A model generated the notes under the pieces. The model made no database searches. It saw only the letters and a program-made list of their open reading frames with translations, and was not told where the DNA came from. Below, one piece after another: positions 26,535 to 36,848 of a stretch of 64,000 nt of DNA (positions are counted from its first letter, which is position 1; each line of letters starts with the position of its first letter). The translations under genes were made by a program, and so were the position numbers. The DNA is taken from contig JAYWIR010000052.1 in NCBI GenBank assembly GCA_036172245.1, forward strand, positions 62,001 through 126,000. The letters run 5' to 3'. This stretch comes from Raillietiella orientalis. Taxonomy: Eukaryota.

Positions 26535-27168
26535 CCGGTTACGCTGAGACGTTTATTTTAAAGCAAAGAGCTACAAGGAAGAGGGGAAAAGTACCCCATC
26601 TCCTCAAAAACCAGAAAGACCGGGAAAAAAGTTCTTTCGTGTTAACCACCGGCACGCGGGTGGGCTTCCAAGAAAATTTTACCTGGGTTCTCCTGGTCAT
26701 TTATTTAAAAATAAAATAAACATTTACAGTTTTTTGTGGATGGACCACCGGTCCAACCACGTCCTTTCTGTAGATATCTTGCCGTGTTACCGGTTCGCAG
26801 ATAGCTGAGGTCCATCACGGCAGCAGAGGGGAGGCGGGCAAACAAAAAGAAGAAAAGGAAACAAAAATAAATAAATAAACTCGAAGGAAGAAGGTGTGCA
26901 GGAAGGGGTCACGTCCTGCTGGGGGCGGTCCTCTGCATCCTTTAGAGGATTCCGGCAAGCTCTTGCTGCATACTGTCCCTCCAGATGGGGTCATCTTGTT
27001 GCCATCCTCATGAAGCAAAGTGGATGTGGCACCCCTGTCTCTCGGTCCTCCTTTTGCATGGCTCCAGGAAGAAACGATCTCTCGTAGTCAGCAGGGGACT
27101 GCCGTCGAGGCTGCCTGCCGAAGTGCGTCGCTCAGGAGGAGGGGTCTTAAAGCGTCCCTGGAGTTGCC
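26535..27168 (-). mobile_element. L1/Tx1-like 3' end(s): ORF2 terminus, UTR and terminal motifs
   Basis: 26804-27168 is a near-identical inverted copy of 43602-43965; terminal motif aataaacgtctcagcgtaaccgg at about 26535-26557. Confidence 0.75.
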
Positions 27169-27174
27169 TCGGGA

Positions 27175-27470
27175 CGGACTTGGAGGCGAACAGGGCAAAG
27201 TCGTCGATGGTGCCAGTCGGTGCAACGTGGGCTGGAAGGCCTGACTGGATCCGCTCAGGCATCCCCAGGGGAGGGTGCTTGAAGTATCTTGTCGTTCCTC
27301 TGGGGAACTTCTGCCAAGCAGAAGCACCCTGGTCCAACCGTCTCCAGAAGGTAGGGGTGGCGCTCGACCTGTTACTGGAGGTCAATTTTCACTTGCTGCA
27401 ACTGGCCGTGGCGTGAAACACCTTTGTAGCTCCCCCCTCCATCCCCTGCTTTTTGCTTGCCCCCCCCCCC
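27175..27470 (+). mobile_element. L1/Tx1-like RT domain 6-7/thumb fragment
   Basis: LEANRAKSSMVPVG...CLKYLVVPL...WSNRLQKV matches the L.VN..KS...KYLG.PL...W..+..K+ pattern. Confidence 0.75.
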
Positions 27471-27668
27471 CCCCCCCGTGACGGTCGTATTCTGCCGCTG
27501 TCGATGCAGAGTTGCTTCGGTGGTGGAGGAATCGAAGAATGCCTGAATCCACCACAAAAAAGTGTCAGGGGGAAATCGTAAGATCGTCCCCCGTGCCCAA
27601 GGAGGTGATCATCCCCCGCACCGGCGAGGGAATCCAGCTCCGTGGTCACCGCGCCCTTTGCAGCGGCC

Positions 27669-29665
27669 ATGGCCGAGTCCGAGTTTTGCAAGGCCTACGG
27701 ATACAACCCCAGCCTAAAAATTATGCTTCCGAGTAACCCACGTTTGGGGTTATCGCAGAGGTCAGCCCAATCGCAGTGCAATGATCGAGCCTCACTCTGG
27801 AGGGATCTCCATGGTGACCAAGATCTCCTCGAAGCCAGGTAAGTACCCCAGCCTACTCTACAAGGTAGGCAGTATTTTCGACGATTTTCGCGTTCCTTCG
27901 AGGAGGAGCTGTGCAGATGGAACGTGACGAAGGAAGACCTGATGGGGCTTACAATCAGAAGCGGGAGTCAGCACGTAGAGCTGACCTGCAAGGAGGCGGG
28001 TCTAGCGCAAAGACCGCTGCGAACCACCGTGAAGATCGAGGGCTACCAGGTCTTTTCCGTTCCTGTGGACGACTCCATCGTGGTTCACCTAAGGGGCATC
28101 ACCGTGCGGATTTCACGGAGCGCCATACGGGAAGAACTCGAGAAAATTCGGCACCGTCCACGCGCTGTGGGCAAAGTTCAACAGATTCCGCGTATTTGAC
28201 AGGATCCTTCGTGGGTTCGCCGCGGTGCGCATCACATCCATAAGTCCTTACTTATGGATTCCTTATAAACTGGTGATCCGTGGAGAACCCATCGACCTCT
28301 AGTGCTTAAGGAAGCCCAAGTACTGCGTCAATTGCAAGGCCACGGGGCGCCTCGAAAAAAGATGCCCCAACATCGCATGCCTCCAGTGCCAAGTGTTGGA
28401 GCACCCCCTGGTGCGTTCGTGCACGCCTCTTCGTCACTCTTGTAGCAGGAACCGAAGGACTCGCGTCTCATTTTTTTTGCCCCGTCTGGAAGGTGAGAAG
28501 ATAAGAACTTAGCCATGGTGGTCACCATGGTAAAGGGGAACAGCTGGATGACCTGCTGTCCTTCCAGCTCTAGAGCCTGGCAAGAGGACACTGTTGGTAC
28601 GTGGTAGATGAAGGAGACCAGCCTGGATGCGTGGAACCTCCTGAGACTCGGCCGTTGACGCCCGCTGCTCGCTGCGGAAGATCCTGGGGAGTCCCAGCGT
28701 CAGCACTTGGTCGGAGCGCACACCCCTTGCCGCAGCGCTGTCCTTCCTGAGGGGGGCGAATGGCAGAGAACCATCGGCTGCGGGGTGGGAAGTTTTCTGC
28801 GATCCTGCAGGATGGAAGAAGAGAACGAGTGGACCACGGGGCAACTGACAGACCTGCGACTCCAAGTGCCCTTCCACGACGACTTGAACGCTGAGGAGAG
28901 CTGTTGGGAATCCCAAGCGAAAAGCTGAAGTGTTCGCGGACAGAAGCACTTCCTCGTCCTGAAGGGGCAGCAGTCGGCACTTCTGCTGTTGCTGCACCAA
29001 GGTATTCCCTGCAACGCCCACGCCGGCATCGCTGGATCCGGGCGGAGGGGGGGAGTGAGAGTCCGGACTGCCGCAGGTGCGGGGAACATGAATCCCCCAT
29101 CCCGCACCTGCTTGTGGACCGTGTTGCCCTCCGGCCCCTATGGGAACGTTTCGGGGCGACCCTACGGATTCCGTTTGGCAATCCCAGGGACGTTTCCAAG
29201 GTCCTCTTCGTGCGGGATAGTCCCTGCCGTCAGCTGCAGCCTGGTCTTTGCTGCATCCGCGGGATTGTGTCGGCGTGTAGCGAAGCCAACCAAGGAAGAT
29301 ACGAGAGGGATGCCATCGAGTCTGCACTTCTTTTTCTGCAGATAGAAGCCAGATGGTCCCACCTGGTTCCTTTGCAGACAGACCCAGCCAGCATCCTGGA
29401 AAGGATGCAGAGGACTCCCTCCAGCGGATCGTGACCCCTTCTCGCCCCTCCAGCATTATTTTTCTGTATTTATTCCATCAAGTGTCATTTTATTTTTTAT
29501 TTTGTTTTCCATCCGCTGCCTGGGCGAACCTCGTTGGCCTGCGAACGCACCGGCAGCCCGGTGCAGGTCCCATCTTTAATGTGGACGTGGTAGGACCACG
29601 AGTATCACTTCCACGACGTCGTGGGTTTGTTTGTTTTAATGAACGCCCCGGGGTGGCTGGGCGGG
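27669..29665 (+). mobile_element. Internally deleted L1/Tx1-like element: ORF1 (RRM-like region and CCHC knuckles) joined to ORF2 C-terminus, zf-RVT and 3' UTR
   Basis: IVVHLRGITVRISRSAIREEL, YCVNCKATG..E..CPNIACLQC in ORF1; PDCRRCGEHESPIPHLLVD and ILERMQRT in ORF2; terminal aatgaacgccccgggg. Confidence 0.8.
27716..27845 (-). pseudogene. U1: U1 snRNA processed pseudogene, truncated at the Sm site
   Basis: Reverse complement reads TACTTACCTGG...GAGTGAGGCTCGATCATTGCACT...GACCTCTGCGAT...CATAATTTTT (5' splice-site pairing end, U1A loop ATTGCAC, Sm site). Stem-loop IV is missing. Flanked by ACCCCAGCCTA direct repeats. Confidence 0.92.
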
Positions 29666-30254
29666 CAACACCGCCAGCACCGAGGGAAAACCGCAGAGGA
29701 GAGCGAGCGGATCAAGAAAATGGCCGCCGCTTGGGTTTCCGCTGAAATTTCCGAAATTCGCTGCGAATGCGACCTCGCGACCCGCCGAATTCGGCACGTG
29801 TCGGGAGTGATGAGTGCGAAATTTTGCCTTGGAGCCATCTTCGTTGCTCTTAACAAAATGAAGACGAAACAGCGTTTCCTCCATCCGGGAATCCGCAACA
29901 CAAAAAGAAGAAAAAGTGCGCTTTCCGCGCGTTCGCGACGGCTTTTCCTTTCCGTCTTAGGCAGGGGTGTAGCGCATTCCTTGCTGATAGGCGACTACAT
30001 AATCTGTCAAAAGAGCACGAAGGAACGGAAGCGGATCAAGGTCCGGGCAGTGTTGCCCCGCGCTGAGAGAACGGAGGTGGGCGCGCGTCGCAGAAGAGGA
30101 GCAGCGCGGCACCATTCATTCATTCATGCACTTTTTTTGCCACTGCACCAACACGCGTTCACCAGCCGCGGGAACCCAGGGGATGCAGGGGAGGGGGGGA
30201 AGGAACACAGAGTAGACCTTCCCTCCCCCTGCAGGGCGCTGGCTCGCCTTGCGA

Positions 30255-30420
30255 CGAAGATGGCGGCGCCGGTCCCTCCGCGGCGCGCCGACCCGGCGGC
30301 ACCCGTGCGGAGCCTCGGAGAAACTTCGATCCCGTCTCTTCACCTGCGTCTTTTTTAAAAAAAAAAAAAACACACACACACACACACACACCAACACGTG
30401 ATTTAAGCAGGCTGGATGCC
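30255..30420. repeat. About 165-bp GC-rich repeat with YY1-type core AAGATGGCGGC; inverted copy at 54392-54548
   Basis: Direct comparison of the two segments. Confidence 0.85.
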
Positions 30421-30609
30421 CTTTCATTCAAACTTTCGCGAGTGGAAGAACGCAAGAAGGTAGGTCCTTGAACAACGAGAGCGGTAGATTGGATTAATTA
30501 AGCATCAACGCAATTCTAAGATTTCCTTTTTTGCTTCCATTTAAACAGTACATAAACAACACTTTTACTTTGTCTCTGCTTTTGCTTTCAGTTGAAATAA
30601 TGAACTGTC

Positions 30610-31994
30610 GTAACGTTCCGTGCACCTTTCCGACGTGCTGTCACACAATACCCGTAAGGCCCGTCCAGGGCGGGACGTATCCCCCGCGTCTTACCGCTGA
30701 AGTGCCGCTGCTTCCCTTTCAAAAGGGTTCCAGAGAACCGGTGAGGAGGTCAGCATTTCACCAGGTGCTTTAGGGGAGAGAAATTCAGGGAGAGGCGCCG
30801 AGAGTCCTTCGCGCCCACGATTCCCTATGGCCTGCGATCCGCTCTTTGCATCTTCGTGCCAGTACCGTAGTCGATCCCGTTTCACCAGCCAGCCAACCTC
30901 TTTTATCGAACGGGTGCGCCGGAAGAACGTCCGACGGAAAGCGATTCTCGGACCAAACGGAGGTGGAGCGCGTCGTCAAGACTACGACGCCACTTCCGAC
31001 GGTTCGGAGTTTTTCCAGGCGGCGGGAACGTACGGGAACGCATCCCGGACGTCGGGTCGGCCGCCCGGAGGTCAAAGCGCAACGTCCCGAAGAGATTTCT
31101 CTTCCAAAGAAGCATTCCCCGAGCCCCCCGAGGTCTCCGATTCTCGAGGACGGCCGGGTCCACCTCGGAGGAGACCCCATGCGTTTCCCGCAGGAACCAG
31201 CACCGAGCGGGATGGAGGGCTTCCCAGGGACGCGCCTCCTCCTCGTCTCCCCTGGGGGCGTCTGCACGAAACGCGTGCAGCTGAGACACGGCGGAATCCC
31301 AGCGGCCGCTCGGCTTCGGCTGCAGAGACGCAGGTGGAAGCGGAAACTCACGTGCGTCGCGAGACTGCAGCCGGCGCCGTGGCGCAAGAGAAGAGCGACC
31401 ACGGGTGCTGCTGCCACGCCTTTCCATGGACCTCCCAGGCGGGAATGAGCAGCGGATTCTGATTGGGGCCGCAGAAGTACGCCTGGATCTCCGTCCTCCC
31501 CACTTACTGGACTGCCTGGCTGCAGTAGTCCCGTTTTCTCATGGGGAAGGATCATCGGCACGGACGAGGCGGAATGCATCTGCCTTTGGAACAGCAGATA
31601 TGCTCGTAAGCCGTTGAAGGGAATCCTCGGGAACATCAGGAATCTGCTATAGGTTTCGTTCACCCCCTTCACCCCAGTGCTGCCCTCCCTAAGGGGAGCA
31701 ATGGACAGTCGACTGCCAGCGAGGTAGGAAGTGACCTGCGTGAGAGGGAGCTGGAAAAAACATCTGGGTGCGTGGACATCTCGGGAGCTGGACGACGCCG
31801 CGACCCCGAATGTTCCACCAAAAGGATTGCTACGCTGGGGCGTGCAACTGGGACTTCCGGAAAAAGACTTGTAGTGGTCCCCTGGGCTCATGAACACCCG
31901 CACCCTCCCCTTGAAGTGGCAGGAGTCGACATTGATACAGATGCACTGGAGCCTCTCATGCAACGCCCGCCAGCATCATTGAACACGGTGGTGT
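30610..31994 (+). mobile_element. L1/Tx1-like host copy, left part: degenerate ORF1-like sequence and ORF2 C-terminal region up to the zinc finger
   Basis: 31800-31985 matches 15665-15860 inverted; 31440-31790 is homologous to 40860-41190; the ORF1 assignment of the 5' part is weaker. Confidence 0.6.
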
Positions 31995-33694
31995 TCCCAT
32001 CCGGACACGCCGGGGCGTTTATTTCTAAAGTCTGTACATTTGCGGTACGAGGCCCCGCTGCGGCCAATAGTTCATGGGGCCTGCCGGGAAGCCGGTACGC
32101 AGACCGACTCCACACTCGTCGGCAGCGGAGAGGATGGGGGAGAAAACAAAAATAAAAATAAAAAGGAAAACAAAAAAAAAAGAAAAAAGAAACAGTTGGG
32201 TGGGCCGGGAAGGCATCACTGTCCGCTGGAGGAAGAGACCATCCTTTCCAGGATGTCCTCGAGGTCCCTCCGCATAGCTCCCGGATAGGACCATCCAATC
32301 GCGATCCGCGGGTAGCGACCCGGGTGTACGATGGGGTCCCTCTCGCTGCTTCCTCTGTTGGCTGCGCTCCACGCAGCCACAATCCCCTCGGAGGCAGCAG
32401 AGCGCTGCCAGGGCTGAGGCTGGTTGCAGGGTGTCTCGCACGAAGAGGAGGCGTACAACGTCTCTGGGGGGGGGGGGGGAGGGGGCTGCCGACCGACATC
32501 CGGAGGGTCGTAGCAAAACGTTCCCGCAAAGGCCGGAGGGCAGCGCAGTCCAATAACAGGTGGGAGAGGGATTCCTTTTCCCCGCACACTGCTGCACACT
32601 TCTGTCCCACCATCTCCAACGTCCAGTGGTGGCGGCGCGCGTTGCAGGGAAAACCCCGGTGCAACAGCAGCAGCGCCGATTCCTGCCACTTGAGGGGGAA
32701 GGTGGATGCGTCTCCAAATACCGGGGGTCACTTTAGGTCATCCAGCGGAATGCCCAGAAGCTCGCCCCATCTCTGACTTCCTCGCGGAAGGACACTCGGG
32801 GTCGCGTCGTCAGCCAGTTCCCTCATGGTCCAACAGCTTCTCCTTGCCCGCTCTCCGGCAGGAGACTTGCCACCTCGGCGTTCGGCTGCTGCCGAGCGCC
32901 CTCCTCAAGAAGGGCAGCGCCGTGGTTAGTGGGGTCGTCTCCTCCCACGTGCTTCTGGCAAGACACTCGAGCACGTTCCGCAGCGTGCAGCGGGTGTAGA
33001 TGCCGGGTCGCAGGCGGTTCCAGGATTCACCACTTGACTGGTTCAACTTCGCCAACTGTTTCTTCCAGCTATGCGCTGGAGTTGGCGGGGCTGCAGGCCA
33101 TCCAGCCGTTCTCCTTGGCCACGGTGGCCATGCGTTTGAGGAGAAGGCCGCATCTTCTTATTCTCTGGCCGGGGCACAGAAGAAAAGAGGAGAGCCCTCC
33201 CGCTCTGGATACACGGCTGGCGAGGAGGCGGGTCGGAACGCACCAATGGGTGCTCCAGTACTTCGCCGCGATGGCCAACGTTCGCCATCGCAGCTGAATT
33301 TCCATCCGCTCGAGCGTCAGGAGGCCGAGACCGCCATCCCGACGCGGAGCGCACGAGTCCTGCAGAGGCACACGAAGCCTCCTGCTGCCCCACAGGGCGA
33401 TGCGCAGGAGGTCCTTGGTTCTCTTCTTCATCTCGCGTGGTACGGGGCAAACAAAAAGCAGGGGGTGAAGGAGGGGGGCCGCGAACGCGTTCCACACCGC
33501 GGCCCGTTTCCGCAAGTGAAACTTGCCTTCCAGGAACGGGTCGATCGCCGACTCCACTTTCTGGAGACGACCTGACCAGCCTTCTGACTGGCAGAAGTCC
33601 CTCAACGGAACGCCAAGGTACTTCAAGTACCTCTCCGTGGGGATCCCCAGGCGGATCCAGTCAGGTCGTCCTGCCCACGTTGCATCAACCTGGT
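31995..33694 (-). mobile_element. 5'-truncated L1/Tx1-like insertion (copy X): RT thumb to 3' terminus
   Basis: YLKYLGVPL, CAPRRDGGLGLL, CAAVCGEKESLSHLLLDC, UTR and terminal motif; degenerate TSD at 31984-31994 / 33695-33706. Confidence 0.88.
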
Positions 33695-34313
33695 CACGGG
33701 TTGTGTGGACCCGAACTGTGCAAGGTTCGAGGGAGCAGGAATCCTTGCCGCACCTCCTACTGGACTGTGTTGTCCTTCTGCCCCTTTGGGGACGCTTTGC
33801 CACGACCCTCGGGTCCCCCGGTGGCAACGCCAGAGATGCAATGCGGACCCTCTTTTCGTGGGGACACCCTGCAGCCAGCCGCATCCCCAGCAGCACTTTG
33901 CAGCCCACGCGGGATCGTGGAGACGTGGAGCGACGCCAAAGGAGGGAGGAACGACGAGGACACCATCTATTTTGCTATCCTCTTCATGAGGACGGCATCA
34001 AGTTGGCCCCATCTGGGAACCATAAAACAGGTACTTGCCGGTATGCTTACAGGGATGCAGAGGACACCTTCCAGCACACAGTGATCCCTTCCCGAACCCC
34101 CTCCCCATTTTTTGACTGTATGTTTTTTGTTTCATTTTGTTTTCCTTTTGCTTGTTTCCGCTTCCCCTGTGCTGCCGGCGCGAACCTCGCCGGCTTGCAC
34201 GCTGGTTCTCGGCAGGTTCTTTCTGTACATTTTGTAACGTGGCAGGATCATGCATCTTGCAACTGACCTCTATTTTATTTTATTTTTAACAAATTAGCGC
34301 CCCGGCGTGACCG
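33695..34313 (+). mobile_element. L1/Tx1-like host copy, right part: zf-RVT, ORF2 end, 3' UTR
   Basis: DPNCAR..EQESLPHLLLDCV, MLTGMQRT, terminal cgccccggcgtgaccg. Confidence 0.85.
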
Positions 34314-35079
34314 CATGTCAAGTCTTAGACCTCTGGAGGCCACCTCCCGGAAGGAAACGAGCAGTGGATTCCCTCTTGGGGCAGTAGGAAAGCGGCCGGC
34401 CTGCTCTTTCCTGAAGACCGGGTCGCCTTGCGGATTGGCTGGCGCGGGAACGGAAGGAAGAAGCAGGTGGTGCCTGCCGGCCCGGGTAAGCGACGTGGGT
34501 GGTGTCGCGCCGAGTTCGGCGGGGAGTCGCTGCCGTTTAACGCGGTGGCTGCTTTCAGGAGAGCAAACTGCGGCCGTGGGTGAGTCCCCGGCCCTTGGGG
34601 CTCGTGCGGCACCTTCTTCGCTCTTTGACGACGCTCTTCCGGCCTTTGGAGGTTGATCCCTCTTGAGTCCAAAGCTCGGAGCTCCGACGTCCCCTCCGTC
34701 TTGATCCTGCTGGTCGCGGGTCACGGTCAGAGGATCTGCATCGTACACCTCAGGTTTGGCAGCTCTCGGAGTCCTTCGTACAGCCCAGTGCCCCTTCCCT
34801 CGCTGCCTGAATGTCTCTTGCCAAGATCCAAGAACTGGTCCATAAGGAACAGTGGCAGGGGGGGCTCTTGCGGCGCTTCTTCGCGCGCGCGGCTCGATGT
34901 CGCCTGCGGCTTCCTTTGCTGCCCTGCCCGCTGCCTCCGTAGGATCGCGGCGGAGAGGAACCGCGCCGAAAGTGGCCCAGTCGAAAGGCAAGGCGCCACC
35001 GCAGTCGTCTGCTCCTTCGTAAGGAAGGCGGCAAGACGGCCGCGTCTCCGCCCAGCAGGAGAAGGAAGCTGCCGACATC

Positions 35080-36395
35080 CTCCAGAGGATGCCGAGGGCG
35101 CCAGGGAGAAATCTGCGGACCCCGGTTGGTACCTCCAGGGACGTTGCCAAGCTCCTCTTCGTGCGGAAGAAGCTCCTCCTTCCGGCTGCAGCCCCAGCAG
35201 CCCTTTGTTGGGTTCGTGATGGCCTGGAGCGACACGGAAGGAGGAGGAAGAAACGAGCGGGACACGGTCCAGCTTGCACTTCCGCTTCCTGCGGATGGCA
35301 ACCAGACGGACCCATCCGGATGGCATGCCGATGGACTAGCCGGCATCCCGAACAGGATGCAGGGGACTCCCTCCCTCCAGCGGGCAGTGATCCCTTCCCG
35401 ACACTCCAGAGTGTTTTCGTTTACAGTCGTACCTCGGTACTCGATGGTTTCAGAACTCGTCCAACTCTGTGCTGGTCTCATTCCTACGAGGAAAAAATGT
35501 TTCCACACGGCGGCTCATGCTCGGAACTCGACACTCCACCCTCATGATGAAACTAGTGAACGCTTCCGTCTCATGGTAGCTCTCGAAAACTGCCGACGAA
35601 CACTTCCATAGAGTGCCTCCCGAATCGTTCCTTTTTGTGTGCTTTCTGCTCATCTTAAGCATTAATCAAGGATCCTAACATTGTAAAAAAGGGTACCAGG
35701 AAGTCTAGAAAGGAATTCGTTTGGTACTCGTCGGTTTCGGCACTCGTCACGAGTTCCGGAACGAATTGCCGACGAGTACGGAGGTACCACTGTATTTATT
35801 TTTATTTTCTTTTTGTTTTTCTCCCTCTCCTATGCTGTCTAGGTGACCCTCATAACAGAGCTGGGGGCGAACTGCTCGATATTCCATCAGGAGACCTGGA
35901 GTGACCCCCGGTGCTCAAGAACAGCAGCGCCCTCCCCCCTGAAATGGTATGGATTGGCACTTCTGCTGTCGGGAAGGTCTTCCCTGTAACTCCCACTCCG
36001 ACATCGGTGGACCCGGGAGGGTAGGGAGAGAGGATGAGACTGGATTGTCGCAGGTTCGGGGAATGGGAATCTTCCCTCCCTCACCTGCTTGTGGACCGCG
36101 TTGCCCTCCGGCCCCTGTGGGGACGTTTCGGGATGACCCGGTTGGCATCCCCAGGGACGTTTCCAGGCTCCTCCTCATGCGGGAGATTCCCAGTTCGTCA
36201 TAGGACGGGATTTTCGTATTTTCTCCTTCTTTTACATCCGCCTCCTCCCCCACCTCTCCTGTGCGGACCCTGTCTGGGGAGCGGTGCCGCCAGGAAGGTT
36301 CCCTTCGCGGTGGCAGCCCCTGCGAAACCACCGCGAAGGAAGGCGTTTCCTCTTGTGAATTTCTTCTCAAGAAACGCCTCGGCGTGACCGGGTGA
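35080..36395 (+). mobile_element. Two tandem L1/Tx1-like 3' fragments, the first interrupted by a MITE
   Basis: IPNRMQGT end and T-rich UTR; second zinc finger DCRRFGEWESSLPHLLVD; hairpin at 36302-36339; terminal aagaaacgcctcggcgtgaccgg. Confidence 0.7.
35424..35792. mobile_element. Tc1/mariner (pogo/Tigger-like) MITE, 369 bp
   Basis: TIRs CAGTCGTACCTCGGTACTCG / CAGTGGTACCTCCGTACTCG (18/20 match), TA on both sides (35422-23, 35793-94), no coding capacity. Confidence 0.85.
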
Positions 36396-36848
36396 AAGCG
36401 ACCCTGACCGGGTGAAAGTGACCCTGCCCGTTTGGGTATCACGACCGCGGCCGATGCAGGCGAGCAGACGCGCACGAGCGGGTGGGAGGCTTAGCGAGGT
36501 CCCGCCGCCTGTAAACACGCCTCTTCTGCCGACGCACCGTCGGCCGAAGAGGAGAGTCAAAAGCACCCAGGTCGAGAGAGGGTTGCCCCGAAATGTTGGG
36601 GTGGACCGTTCCTGGGGGGAGGGAGAGGAAGAAAACTCACTCCTCCCCGGTTTTCCAGGACAAGGTGTGGAGCTGTCCCTGAAACACTCGCGTGTCCCCC
36701 TCCTCCTCGATTAGCGGTGAAGGATCTCTTCCTCTGAGTCATGCATGACCTTTCCCACCCTGCGGCACGTTTCGGGTCAGCCGGGATCCTGCCGAGACCC
36801 CGCGCAGAGCCGCGGTGAAGGTGGAGGCTCTTCAGGAGCCATCCACGC

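Noticed and set aside
31980..32008. Resemblance of gtgwccggatgggaacacc..gtgtt to the 5S rRNA 3' end (a possible Mutsu-like 5S target)
   Set aside because: The match is short, half of it is explained by the host copy and TSD, and other copies diverge right after GACCG.
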